This document shows, one piece after another, positions 12,421 to 52,350 of a stretch of DNA of 64,000 nt. A program made the translations under genes and the position numbers. The stretch's first letter is position 1. The number at the start of each line of letters is the position of its first letter. The notes beneath the pieces are model-generated. The model had not been told where the DNA came from and ran no database searches. It saw only the letters and a program-made list of their open reading frames with translations. This DNA is from Hydrurus foetidus (lineage: Eukaryota): positions 62,001 through 126,000 of the forward strand of contig UYFQ01000098.1 in assembly GCA_900617105.1 (NCBI GenBank), read 5' to 3'.

Positions 12421-13125
12421 ACAGGGTCGACATGTGAGATCTGATATGACGTCTGTACACTGCCAGATCGCAGTAATATGAAAAAAAGAAGAACTCAGTA
12501 CATCTCTTCATCTTTTAAGTGCTCGAGTAATATGAAAAAATTCAAACGAAAACAATCTTAAGTTAAGTTAAATGATTAAACAAACGCACCATTATTCATA
12601 TCGAATTAGTCATTTTAATAAAGTAAAATTAATCAAAGAACCCCACTTAATATGACGTTATGAAAAATACATACATATCATCTGAAAGCACGAGAAGTTC
12701 AATGCATCGTGTCTGTGACATCGTAACAATTAAGAACAATTCAATTACGGAATTTCTTCAGTTCGGAATCTTCTTCAACATCCGGATAATTTCCCCCTTC
12801 CTATTTCAATAAGAATGATAATACATGCATTTGATGATATAGTCCTTTTGGTGGAAACAAAAAAATACCTTCTTCGATATTTAGGATGAAAAGCATAATA
12901 GATAGAGAGGGGAGAAGATGCTAACAAAAATTAAATGACATGTGGAGATGGTGTGCGGTTGAAATTAGTAGGAGGATGAAAACACAATTGATCTTGCGAT
13001 GCATTCACCGTGTCATACTGGTACAATATCTAACTGAAGGTATGCCCAGAACCAGGCATGTATAGTCACTTAATATTCATTTAAGTGGAACTCAAAAAAT
13101 CAGGCCACTTCTTAATTATTTTCCA

Positions 13126-15057
13126 CTATTTCACTGTTATTAAATGAGCCGGTTTGTGCGCTTCTTCCCCGTCAATTTCGGCCAACAAATTAATCAATGC
13201 AGCAGTACGATTATTATCAAATCCACTAAACTGTCCACCTAATCCACCCGTCTGTCCGTCACCCACACCAACACCACACATTGACAAATTATAATTATCA
13301 CAAAATACCGAATCTTCGCTGAAAATTCGAATTATTTCAGATTCTGTATGCATTGCCGTTCCCAAAGCTTCTTTCATTTTTGGTGCTAAATCTAAATCGC
13401 GAAGAATTTTTGCTTTTGTTTTTAAGCGGAGTTTTTCCAAATCTTTTTTATTCGCGTCAAATTGACTTTCAATAGGAGTAGGGAAATTGTTCACATCGTT
13501 TTTAGTATTGCTCGAGGAACTTGGGTCAGATTCTGAAATTTCCTCTTGATTGTTGTTGCACGGTATTTTGTTCACCATATTTTCTGTTGATTGTGATGTA
13601 ACTGAAATCACCGAATCTGCTGAAATAGCAGCTAATTCAAAAGGGTGGCTTGGGACGGCCCGACCCGTTTCCCCCCCAGTTACCCCTGACATATCATAAG
13701 GGGTACTTTGAATGGGCTGAAAGAATACATTCGCAGGAAGATCGGATGCTGATAATGAAGTTCTCAGAACGTTCTTTTTGACGTCCAGATGAGCTGTCAT
13801 GGCGTCTCTGACGTCCACATCACTCAGAAGGGGAATGTCACTGACTCGGATAAACTTTGACAGATGTTGTTGAAATGGTAGCGCCACTTTTTCAAGTAAG
13901 AGAGAAATTGAAATCCCCACCCCTGAGGGATCACTTGTGATTATTTTCTTTGCACTTACTGGCCGACTATAATTCTCGTCAAATACGGACGGACCTAGAA
14001 CTTTTCTGCGTTCTGCTACGCTCATTCCTTTTTTTCGTGGTACATCTGGCGCTTCCTCTTCACCCTGTTCTTCTTCAATCCACATTTGAAGAGGAGATTG
14101 GGCGAGCGATGTTGGTGATAAGAGCAGCGATGATCGTATTTTTGTGTATTGTTTTTTACCTTGAAGAGGCATTTCTTGCGTGGCAATTTCATCGACATTT
14201 TTCCCAAGAAGATTGGCTACACTTTCTTTTCTGGCAGTCACATGATTCATACCGCGCAAAGCGTAGTAATTCTCCAGTACATGAATTATGTTCTTCAGTT
14301 TAGGAGATCTCTTTGCTATGAGATCGGCAGACTGCTGCTCAAAACTAAGTTTGAGAATACCTTTCACGTCTTTCCTTATTTCCACTGAAGTAGATAAGGC
14401 ATCATCCGTATCACCGGTCATGTCATTACTATTTCCACCATCGACCTTTCGACTAATATTTATCAATTCCTTCGATCTGCAGTGTAACACCGCTACTAAA
14501 GGTTCTTGAAAAGTTCTGAATATGTTTGTCGTCTTCAGAGAATTGTAGATCCTCTTCCGCGATAGTCCAAAGCAAGAAGATATGAAGAATGTTGCTGGAC
14601 TAACGAAAGTAACTAGTGCATGGCATATTGAGGCGAAACTCGACATCCCAGAGCACATGATCACAATATCGGCTTTGTTCCCGCCCAGTAAGTCTGCAAC
14701 CGAATTGCTGGTCTGTATATTTCTGCAGTTCCAATGTGCAGTGGCATAGTCGCCTCTCGCAAATAGTTTGAGACAGTGAGAAAGTTTACAATCGATCAAG
14801 TATTCGATCAGTACAGAGCCGCTATGACCCGCACCAAATAAGAGTATCGTTGGCTGTCGATTGAAAGATTTTAGAGCCAGATATATGTAAAAACTAATCT
14901 GGAGACACGTAGATCGAGATATGTAGTCCCTAGACTCAATGGTAAGTGATGGATCAGAGTGTATGTCTTCGTTCGCAAGTTGTAAGTTTTGAAGGATAAA
15001 TGACTTGGAGCTGAAATCGATATCACCCATAAAACTTCCTGTCTTTTCACCGTTCAT
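13126..15057 (-). CDS. NOXRED1-like / pyrroline-5-carboxylate-reductase-like Rossmann-fold protein with long C-terminal extension (643 aa)
   Basis: Long intronless ORF. Dinucleotide-binding motif TILLFGAGHSGSVL followed by ADIVIMC and FFISSCFG strands, resembling the NOXRED1 N-terminal domain; the C-terminal half is low-complexity. Confidence 0.6.
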   Translation of the reverse strand: MNGEKTGSFMGDIDFSSKSFILQNLQLANEDIHSDPSLTIESRDYISRSTCLQISFYIYLALKSFNRQPTILLFGAGHSGSVLIEYLIDCKLSHCLKLFARGDYATAHWNCRNIQTSNSVADLLGGNKADIVIMCSGMSSFASICHALVTFVSPATFFISSCFGLSRKRIYNSLKTTNIFRTFQEPLVAVLHCRSKELINISRKVDGGNSNDMTGDTDDALSTSVEIRKDVKGILKLSFEQQSADLIAKRSPKLKNIIHVLENYYALRGMNHVTARKESVANLLGKNVDEIATQEMPLQGKKQYTKIRSSLLLSPTSLAQSPLQMWIEEEQGEEEAPDVPRKKGMSVAERRKVLGPSVFDENYSRPVSAKKIITSDPSGVGISISLLLEKVALPFQQHLSKFIRVSDIPLLSDVDVRDAMTAHLDVKKNVLRTSLSASDLPANVFFQPIQSTPYDMSGVTGGETGRAVPSHPFELAAISADSVISVTSQSTENMVNKIPCNNNQEEISESDPSSSSNTKNDVNNFPTPIESQFDANKKDLEKLRLKTKAKILRDLDLAPKMKEALGTAMHTESEIIRIFSEDSVFCDNYNLSMCGVGVGDGQTGGLGGQFSGFDNNRTAALINLLAEIDGEEAHKPAHLITVK

Positions 15058-15100
15058 GTGCTAGCACAAGTCAGCTCTCTTTGGTGATTGATGAGGAAAT

Positions 15101-15227
15101 TGATAGATGATAGATGATAGATGATAGATGATAGATAGGAGATAGGAAATAGGATTATGGATACAGGATGCATTGATTGAGTTGATAAGTGATGAGTGAT
15201 ATAGGGTTGAGAGTTGAGAGTTGAGAC
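15101..15227. repeat. Heptamer tandem repeats (TGATAGA)x5, (ATAGGA[G/A])x3, (GTTGAGA)x3 in a divergent promoter
   Basis: Directly visible between the starts at 15057 (-) and 15445 (+). Confidence 0.9.
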
Positions 15228-15444
15228 AAATTACTGCACAATAATTCTGTGTTCTGTATTCGAAAAATTAACCAGCTTTTTGTATTTATAGCAAAATATA
15301 CTTCTTCACTTTCACCCTTCACCTTCACCTCTAATTCTTCAATGCCTCCGTCACTCTGCGGTCTAGGCATTTGATTAACTTCACGAGGGACGAAAAGAAT
15401 TCAGAACTCCGGAATTCTGCAGTAGTCAGACGTCTTAAGTCGTC

Positions 15445-21293
<5,849 letters not shown>

Positions 21294-21869
21294 GAAGATA
21301 TTTTTTCTATTTTTGAATTTTGAATTATATCTCTCCTTTCCCTCCCCCAACCCACTCCAATTTTGAAAATAGTAAGAGACTCTACTTCTCACAGAATTAA
21401 TGTACTTCACGCGTGATAATGATTGTAAGATTACAAGGTGTAGAATGCGTTGTTTGCTATGCGTACCACGTCACCAATCGTAACTCTTCAGTTGCTGTTT
21501 ATTAGCTGTCTGTCTAATTGCTTTATAAAAGACGCAATTGTACTGTTTTCGAAGCTCATAACTTGATCGTAAATAGGCGTTCAGCTGTTGTATCTAAGAT
21601 GCTCAGTTATTGTATTTTATAAAACATGGAACACATATGTCACTTTTGACTTTCCCTTCTAGAGCTTTTTATCTGAGAATTTAATCCAAAATCTGACTGT
21701 ACTTTTTACCTGGAAAATCGAACGAAATTGAATTATGGGAACGGGAATGTGAAGCGATTATAGGTCACGCAAAGAAATAGCTCCACTACCATCTTTTCTG
21801 CAATTTTGTCCACACTCTAGTGATGCCTCGAATCGCCTAGAACCTACATTTAATATTGTAAATCTATTG

Positions 21870-22039
21870 GCTCAAGGCTCCTCGTTTATTCCAGGTCCAC
21901 GTTTAATCTGGACCCACCCCTATACACGACAATCAACTGTACCGTACTGTTTTCAGTTCTCAGTGCGGTCAGTTAATTATCGTGTATAGGGGTGGGTCCA
22001 GATTAAAAGTGTACCTGGAATAAACGAGGAGTCTTGAGC
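21870..22039. mobile_element. Foldback MITE (~170 bp) with ~80-bp inverted arms
   Basis: GCTCAAGGCTCCTCGTTTATTCCAGGTCCACGTTTAATCTGGACCCACCCCTATACACGA pairs with TCGTGTATAGGGGTGGGTCCAGATTAAAAGTGTACCTGGAATAAACGAGGAGTCTTGAGC with few mismatches; no clear TSD. Confidence 0.8.
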
Positions 22040-22485
22040 TACTAATATAAAGAACTAAACCAACAGAAAGAGTTCAATCGTTTTCAAATTTAAAATACTC
22101 CCTACGTTAAACATATAATTTGTAATTTGTAACACATCCACAGTTCAATTTTTTAGGAATATTTTGCGTTGGCATGTCAATAAATGCTCTTCGAATCTTC
22201 TAATAGCTTTTCGATAAAAGATACTGTCTGAAAGAACGTTCTCGGGATTCTATCTCATCTCATAACACGTACAGCACAGTAGCAGAAGACGTACATCTGG
22301 AATCTTCGACCCAAGGTCTTACAGGGATGGCAGCGGATCACCGTGTGTGATCTGATGATGTCCAATGTTATCGAGAAGTTGTCGTGTTGGAGATTGGAGT
22401 GTCGCTGAAGAGGCCCCTTGTCAGAAGAAACTGCAGCTGCAACGGAAAGTTCTGCAATCAGGAACAACTGAAGTGATTTGCGAAA

Positions 22486-25400
22486 ATGGACGATAGGACA
22501 TGTGGCATCTTAGGTTAGAGTCCACTGAATGCAACCGTGAAAGTGCTTACATTGCAAGAGCATTGGTCATCAGATGCCACATTACAATGACTGTAGGGGG
22601 TGGCCAGCTCGGCAGAATGATGATAGAGGCTGCGAACAGATTAGGTGTTCGTGTTGCTGTCCTTGATCCAGGTATCTTGACTAGATTTCTCAGTGGTTAG
22701 GGTTCTTCACTTCTATGGTTGCCTCTCAACTTCGCAACAACACGATATAGGAGGAGCGTCCTCACCAGCAGGGCAGTTATCTGAATTAAGTATTGAGGGA
22801 AGCTTCACAGATGCGGAGAAGATCAGGTGATCAGACGCACTAGACCCTTGCTGGATAACAGTGTTCCATGGAATCGATGTTTGAGTGCTGACACTATATC
22901 AGAATCCCATCATGATTAGAGTGAGACAAAGGCAATGAAGGCATAAATGCTTGCATCATCAAAGTTATCCATCATACAATATTGAAGATATTGGTCACTG
23001 ATATCTCTTGCTGGCCATGGACCTTGTTCTGAATGAGATCACGCATTTATGAAAGAAGATGCTACAGAATCCATTCTTCCTAAACACTGAATGCACCTAA
23101 CATTCTCAATTCAAATCTTGCAGAGAGTTGTCATCAGTATGTGATGTGATGACGGTTGAAATCGAGCACGTTAACACTGAGATCTTAGATGTCCTGGTTA
23201 ACGAGGGGAAACAAATACATCCCAAACCATCCACCGTCAGAATGATTCAGGTATCTTTTCCTTAGAAACTATTCCTATTTGTCAACTGTTACTATGTTTT
23301 TTCTTTTATAGAATCAGTTTAATGCATGCAATTACCAGTCACGAGTTATTTTGTATCTTTACTGTGAATAAGCAACAGACAAGCCTCACCCTTACACTGC
23401 CATAGCAAAGCAAAAAACTATCTCTTCGCTAATCCTTCTGTAACACCTTTCATCACATCACTATTATCTGATAGGATAAATATCTTCAAAAAGTTCATTT
23501 GGCCGCACACAATGTGCCATTACCGGAATTTATGATTATACCGGATCTGGCCACAGCAAAAGAAGCCGGAATTAAATTCGGATATCCGTATATGCTTAAA
23601 GCGAGAAAACTCGCGTATGATGGAAAAGGTGAGAGTCAAATGTTGGTTTTGTACGAATTGAGTGGATGCAAATGTGGGTTGCAATTATACTCCGTTATTT
23701 AGGACTCGAAATTGTACCATGTTGCTTGGTCGAATTGAGCAATGAATACTGCTGCAATTCGATGATTTTCTGCAGTGCATTATAATTACCACACTGGGAC
23801 GATTCATACACTCGACTGAATACGTTCTTACACGCTACCATTACAAGATCTCCAACCATTTTAACTCAATTTTTGTTAATAATTACATGTCATACTGTAT
23901 CCTAAACATTCATTTTTTCCCGAAATTTCATAATTGTTCGCTATTGTTCTCGTTAGGAAATGCTGTTGTACGATCTGAATCAGAATTACCAGCAGCAATT
24001 CAAAAATTAGGAGGCAAAGAAATATACGCTGAAAAATGGGCAAACTTCACAAAAGAGCTAGCAGTCATGGTTATACAGACTCAATGCGGAACAACCCAAT
24101 GTTACCCTGTAGTAGAAACCATTCAAAAAGACAATATATGCCATATAGTAATTGCTCCAGCTCAGATTTCGCAGAATAGCATTAATGAAGCACTAAAAGT
24201 TGCCAAGCATGCGATTGTGTCTCTGCCTGGAGCGGGCATATACGGTGTGGAATTGTTCCTGCTTCCAGATGACTCTATTCTACTCAATGAAATTGCTCCA
24301 AGGTACGTACGTACACACGTACGTACTAACGTGCATGCACACATATGTACGTGCGTACATATATACAACTCTTTTTTCCCTGTAGACTGATATACCATAT
24401 CCGTATCCACCTGTTCACCAAAAAACACCACTCAAAATCACGGAAATAAGGATTCCACACTATCGCACAAAATACAAATAACACTTATCTTTATATCCTG
24501 CATTTTCCAGACCACACAACTCAGGCCACTACACTATGGAAGCCTGTGAAGTGGATCAATTTGAAATGCACATCAGAGCAGTTATGAACCTTCCTTGTCC
24601 CCCTCCCAAAATGAAAGTTGGAGCCGCACTGATGTTGAATATATTAGGTACGTACGTATGTGCGGGAGTGCCAATATTCTGTGAAGGACGCCGATCTTAA
24701 CAAGACATGTGGGGAAAGAGTGTGTGTGCGTGTGCGTGTGTGTGTATTGGGGAAGGGCGTATATATGTGTGAGTGTGTGTGTGTGTCCGAGTGAGTGAGG
24801 CTGTTAACGTAGTATTCAAATCGATACGAGTGTATGGATTCCTGCAGTCGATTGAGGGGTAAAGAATGCGATGTGACGAAGACAAAAAGTGCGAGCTTAG
24901 CTGAGCTGAGCTGAGCTGAGCTTAGAAGTGAGAGAGTGGGGGAGGGAGGGCAGTAAATACAGAGGGAAGGAAAAGGTCAATGGATGAAAAGGATGGAATG
25001 ACGAGGAGCGGGAGAGTGAGGAAGAGAAAAGAAGAAAAAGAAGAACAGATGGGACGGACAGACACAAGAACAGAGCAGTTGCAGTCGTCACTTATTCATT
25101 CATTCCGCACAGACTTCTGCCATCAAATGTCAACAAACTAAACCAAACTCAAATTTAGCTGAAAATTAATGACATTCACAGGCGCATCCAGCGATATGGT
25201 GGAGACGAAATCAATACTAAAAAAAGCTCTTGGAATCCCAGGGTCCGGAGTCCACTGGTACGGTAAAGCAGAAAGTAGAGTTGGCCGTAAGATGGCGCAT
25301 TTAACCGTAACAGCGGACAATTTCGGGCAATTACGGGAGAGGGTAGAGCTCTTGGGACTGACACAAGAAGAGCACTGCTTGATTACCCCCGGTCCCCGTG

Positions 25401-26147
25401 TGGGGATAATAATGGGGTCGGACTCTGACCTACCCACCATGAAAGATGCAGCAGAGATCCTGGACCAATTCCAAGTTTCCTACGAACTCACTGTAGTGTC
25501 AGCGCACAGAACACCCACACGTATGTATTCCTATGCGCAGTCTGCAGTGGATAGGGGGGTACAGGTTATCATCGCTGGTGCCGGAGGGGCAGCACATCTA
25601 CCAGGTATGCACATCTTCTTTTCTTCCCAACTTCTCTTCACACCTTCACTCCCTTTATTCCGATCTTCCCGACCATTTAACCTTTCTTCGGTAACTCCAC
25701 TGATTTCTCATTTAGTAACTAATGGCCTCCTCAGTCCCCACCTTCCCTCCACACACCCAGAGTCTTTATCCGCTTTACCGAACAACCTCCCTCCCTCCCT
25801 CCTTCTCCCTCTCCCTCCCTCATATTTCTGTCCCTCTAGGGATGGTTGCTGCATTAACCAGTTTACCCATAATCGGAGTGCCTATTAAGACACAAGCGAT
25901 GAGCGGCATGGACTCTCTTTACTCTATCGTTCAAATGCCTAAAGGAATTCCGGTGGCTACCGTGGCTATCGGAAATGCGGCCAATGCTGGACTTCTGGCC
26001 GTAAGAATTTTGGCCGCACAGGATCCTTCCCTGCTCGCTAAGATGGATGCGTACATGATGGTACAGGAAGAAGAAGTGTTGGGTAAAGCGCAGAGATTAG
26101 AAGCCATTGGGCACAAAGAATACCTATCCACCTACCTCACAAAATGA
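22486..26147 (+). CDS. ADE2: Phosphoribosylaminoimidazole carboxylase, PurK-PurE fusion (fungal/plant ADE2 type)
   Basis: Nine exons (22486-22513, 22597-22671, 22751-22826, ~23123-23250, ~23475-23628, ~23957-24302, 24511-24647, ~25182-25603, ~25840-26147). Motifs [97 protein letters not shown]. Confidence 0.97.
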
Positions 26148-26605
26148 AATTGAAATAAAAGAATAGTAAATATAACAAAATAGGCGTATGGTTATCATTT
26201 TTTCACTTTTGTTCTTTTTTCGATAGATAGAGGTCAGCATTGATTACGCGTACGTACGTACATAACTACAAGTAAATAATCGCAATTCGAAAAACTCATC
26301 TTTTTTTTAGTATGACTCATCAACGCAGTCGCTGCTTTCAAGTGGAGGGTGGGGTCCGGAGCGCTCATATCTTCAATAGACCTCGATTTAAAGTTTGTCT
26401 TTTAGGAGCTGAACAAATCGATGTGATTATAATTTTGGGAAAGAAGGTTGTTGCGATATGGAAACCCTGATTGGAGATCGATAGAGAATTATTACTGATA
26501 CTCTCTCATGTTTTTTCTCACGAGGTCTTTTAGGTGGTGCATGTTTCTCATCGGTGCGAAAGTGTTCTCAACTTTTAAAACAGTACCGTTATTGTGACGA
26601 AAAAG

Positions 26606-26828
26606 CATTTAGTATATGGTATATAGTATTTAGTATATAGTATTTAGTATTTAGTATTCAGTATTTAGTATTCAGTATTTAGTATTTAGTGTTTGGTATT
26701 TGGTATTTGGTATTTGGTATTTGGTATTTAGCATTTAGTATTTAGTATTTAGTATTTGGTATTTGGTATGTAATATCTAATATCTAATATCTAGTATTTA
26801 GTATTTAGCACTTAGTATTTTGTATTTG
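26606..26828. repeat. Heptamer satellite (TATTTAG/TATTTGG/TATTCAG/TATCTAA)n
   Basis: About 30 tandem 7-bp units with variant blocks, upstream of the large PHD gene. Confidence 0.93.
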
Positions 26829-27371
26829 GGCTGTTACAGGTGATGTAACATGAGAGAGAACGCCCCGAGCCATTTATTACCGAATCCCGAATCTTTTATA
26901 TCCTTGAGTTCTAGGGCTAACAATCAGGCATCACGCAAACAAGGACAGCGAAATCACATACTAGTTATGTTACTGTTGGTATCATTTTTTTCTTCGAGGC
27001 GTTGTTGACTAGTAGGACCGATGTGTTACCCCACATTATCGAGTAATCGCTGCCATGATAACTTCTATTTCACATAAAGGCCCACTGACTCACTGAAGAT
27101 GTGGGAAAATGGATGGAAAAATGGCGTCGTAGAATATTACCGTAGCAACTGAGAACGGAGAGTGACGACAAAACATCACGTTTCCTAATAAGATGTAAAC
27201 CGCTGTGCGCTGTTTGCGAACGTTTGAATGCTACAGTACCGTACGGTACATGCGCACCAATCGTCCATAACAATTCCAGAGCACGCACCGATGCGGGATG
27301 AGTATCATCGACAATGGACAGCAGACGTTAATTACGAAGAAACCCGCTAATCCCACAAAGAAAAATTGCTT

Positions 27372-48823
<21,452 letters not shown>

Positions 48824-49323
48824 AATAAATAAAAAATATGCATATACCTGATTTTATTATCATTTAGTTAATTTTGTAAGTAAAGAACAACAATCTTAAA
48901 AAAATATTGCGTACAAAGATTCTTTTTTATTAATTTTCATTTTTTAGAAAAGCAGTCCCCCGTATGGAGGTTTTTCTTCAAATTTTGAGTGAAGTAATTC
49001 GGAAGTCAAATCGTGCGAAAGGAAATTTGGTAAGTCAAGTAATACAATTTGCTACTTCGGTAACTTTCTCAGGAATAGAGAAAAAATCGGTAAAAAATTA
49101 GGTGATTTTTTTAAATTCTGTGTGACTAATTCATCAAAATTTGCACGGTCGCAACTAACAGTACTTAGGCTACAATTAAATGTGATTAGGCTACAAAAAA
49201 TCACCGCAACGTGATTACCCTTCAATGTGATAAAATGATTTCTACTGTCATAAGCGTGGACACGGACAGATTCAAATGATGATCTGTGTGCGGTTCTATC
49301 GAAACCTCACTTGGCCTGAAGAG

Positions 49324-49537
49324 TGGGTGCGACCGTAAATAAATTATTGAAAAAAACCAGTCACCCAGATTTAGGATCTGGGATTCTGGGATTTGGACAA
49401 GAAATCTGGAGACCCCTCCCCCCCCTTTCTAAATCTTCTGGGATCCCAGAAGTAGGATTTCTAAATGGGCCCAGATTTTTCAAAATTCAATGCCCAAATC
49501 TGGGCTACTGTTTTTTTTAAATTTGCGGTCGCGCCCA
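49324..49537. mobile_element. MITE (~214 bp) between convergent genes
   Basis: TIRs TGGGTGCGACCGTAAAT / ATTTGCGGTCGCGCCCA (15/17 match); internal inverted CCCAGAT/ATCTGGG motifs and AAAAAAA-CAGT / ACTG-TTTTTTT symmetry. Confidence 0.7.
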
Positions 49538-50075
49538 GCGTGTCGGTGAACGGGACAGGACAGTCTTATGAAATAAGGAGCTATTTGTTAACACTATTTT
49601 TGGCAATTTTTAAGTTACATGTCGGATGACTATGTAATGCAAAAAAAGAATTTGAGAACTTGAAAAAGTTTAGAAAAGTTTGTTAATCATATATCAAAAT
49701 ATGTGACAATAGAAAGCGTTGTAAAGTACCTATTCGAAATCGTTCGATCAGTATAAATTCTAATATATGATTTTCGAACTTGCCATACATCTCCGTAGCA
49801 TAGATTATCTTTTTAATTTTTGTAAATATTCTGTATGGTAGTGCATGTTATTGTCCAATCTTCTCCCTGATCAATTTCTCACTCTAAAAATTTCCTCCAG
49901 AAACAGCGGTATAAAATAAAATGTAGTAAATGAAAATAAATATAATGAAAGAAAGTAGAATAAAAGGAGGTAAAATAAAATAATATAATCGATTATGAAG
50001 AAACAGTCTTGATTGGTGTCTTGACTCTGGACTTGAAAAATTGAAGAATCTTAATTTTAGAAAGTTTTAAAAATT

Positions 50076-52309
50076 CAACAAATGTCTAGAATCGGTTGAC
50101 CCAAGGTCTCATAGATAGGATCCACTCCTAGTCCCGGCTCTTTAGGTGCCGAAAGTCTTCCTTGAATTCTGTGTGCTGTTGTGTGGGCGATTTTAACCGG
50201 TCCGTAGGAATTGAAATCCGTGCTGTATATTTGTATTTTGTATTTGATGATGATTCGATTATTTGATGTATTTAAGATATATAAAAAGATCAGGCGTAAC
50301 ACAGTTGCGCAAAATAGTGTGCGACAGGTTTTATTGATGTTACAGTGCGGATTACTCTCATTCATATAGAAGTGAAAACAGCTTAAGAGTGATTTGCAAA
50401 ACAATGCAAGTAATGCATAAAATGAAATAAAAATAAAACAGAAAACAACGCAATATAGACTGAAACCAAAACTTTTCTTTTTCAAAATTCTTCTTCCATA
50501 TCACTTTTTGTTTTAACATTTCATTTTCACTTTTTATTTACCTGCAGAACAGAAATCTGGGATCGGTGGATTGTGCCAAATGAGAAATAGTGGCGGTCAC
50601 AATATCACCCCCCCTGTAAGTACAAAAGCGAACGTACATTGTCAACATTACATCTTTATTTTTGTCGAGTATTTGCAATATTATGTGTGATATTTTTAAG
50701 AGACATAATTGATATGTCTAGATGGAAACTATTATTTCCTCTGTTTACATTCTAAATTACAAGTTGACAAGTCGTCCAAACTTTCGCAGATGAAGAAAAA
50801 AAAGAAAAAGAAACGATAAGAGTTCATGACAGTCATGTAAGCGAACATGCGTACGTTCGTGCGTGCACACGTACGTACCAAGTGTCTTCGATGTTCATTG
50901 GAATACCAGAAGCAACAGCTGAGAAAAAATAGAGTGAAGTAAAATAAAATAAATGAAGTAAAATAAAAATAAATGAAACCAATCGTGGTAAATGTATCAG
51001 ATGAGAAAAGAATGAATACAATGAGTATCGGATATAAAGCGAGATATCATTTCGGTGAAAAGAGTACGGAATTTGCGTATTACTGTAACGGAAAAGATGA
51101 GCATCACACAGAGAAGTAGAAGATAATGAAATCCATTTGTCTCCTGTCTCTTACAGGCACGAAAATTTAGACAGGCACCGACGTTTACCCAGACAGATAG
51201 ACAGACAGACATATAAATAAACAGACACGCTAACAGACAAACAGATAAATATGCAGATTGACAGATACACAAGAACAAGAAACATCATTCATCTATCTCT
51301 CACCCAAATCTCTAATAGCTCTAGCCTTCGTCAGTCCCCCCACTTTAGAAATCTAAAAAGTGGAAAACAAAAATAAAGACACGCACGTACAGAGGTAACG
51401 TACGTACAGAGGTAGGACATTGATAAGATGTCAAGGTATGACATCGTTGTATGGCATCAAAAAGAAATTGGATAGGGTTCGGGATTTAATAATCAAAGTC
51501 ATTTTGCATTTTGCACTTTATGTAATTAGATAGGCGTTTCACAATGAATAAAGACAAATCTGAAATCACTGAGCAGACTAGCTAGAACAAGAAAAAGTCA
51601 AGCAAAATAAATTAGTCCACCATGAATGAATTGAAACAATTACATCCAGCAAGTCAGAGTCATGACAGAAGGAAAAAGAAAATTGAAGATCGATGAAACG
51701 AAACTTTTCTGTCGTTGTGCGTAAGTGCGTACGTACGTACTTTGAGATTGATGACGTCAGCAGAACGATCTTTGAGCATACGCACTAACACGCCTGTCAG
51801 AACAGAGCAGAAAGCGAAGGATAATTGAATTGATTGAAGATGCAAGTGAAAATAAAGGGAAAAAGGGGGAAAGGTAAAGGAAGAGAAATAAAGAGGGAGT
51901 GTGGAAAAAGGATGTAGGACGTCAGTGGGAGAGCAGGCAGTGGGAACTGAAGGCAAAAGTAGCGGTTGCTAAATGGCTGTGGTGTGTGATGAGATAGATA
52001 CGTTACGGAGAGAGATAAAATGCGTCATCGGAGTAAAGAATTGTTACTGATGGAAAAAGAAAAAAGAAAAAAACAGTTGTAGAGAGGGAAAATGGAGAAA
52101 GGGAATGAAGAAAAGAAATGGTACATACCAATGTCGTCAATGCTTTCGTCTAGTACCATGGGTAACGGACACATTCTGCGTACGGACAGACACTCCTCGT
52201 ACGTAGCGCACGGCTGTTCAATGTACACGTCAAGATCTTTCACGCCGTTTATCACCTAAAGGGTGGAGATAATAAAAAGTCAAATATACAGTACGTATAG
52301 AAGAGATTT

Positions 52310-52350
<41 letters not shown>

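Noticed and set aside
26606..26828. Interstitial telomeric repeat
   Set aside because: The units are TATTTAG/TATTTGG without the GGG run of TTAGGG/TTTAGGG-type telomeres; treated as a heptamer satellite.
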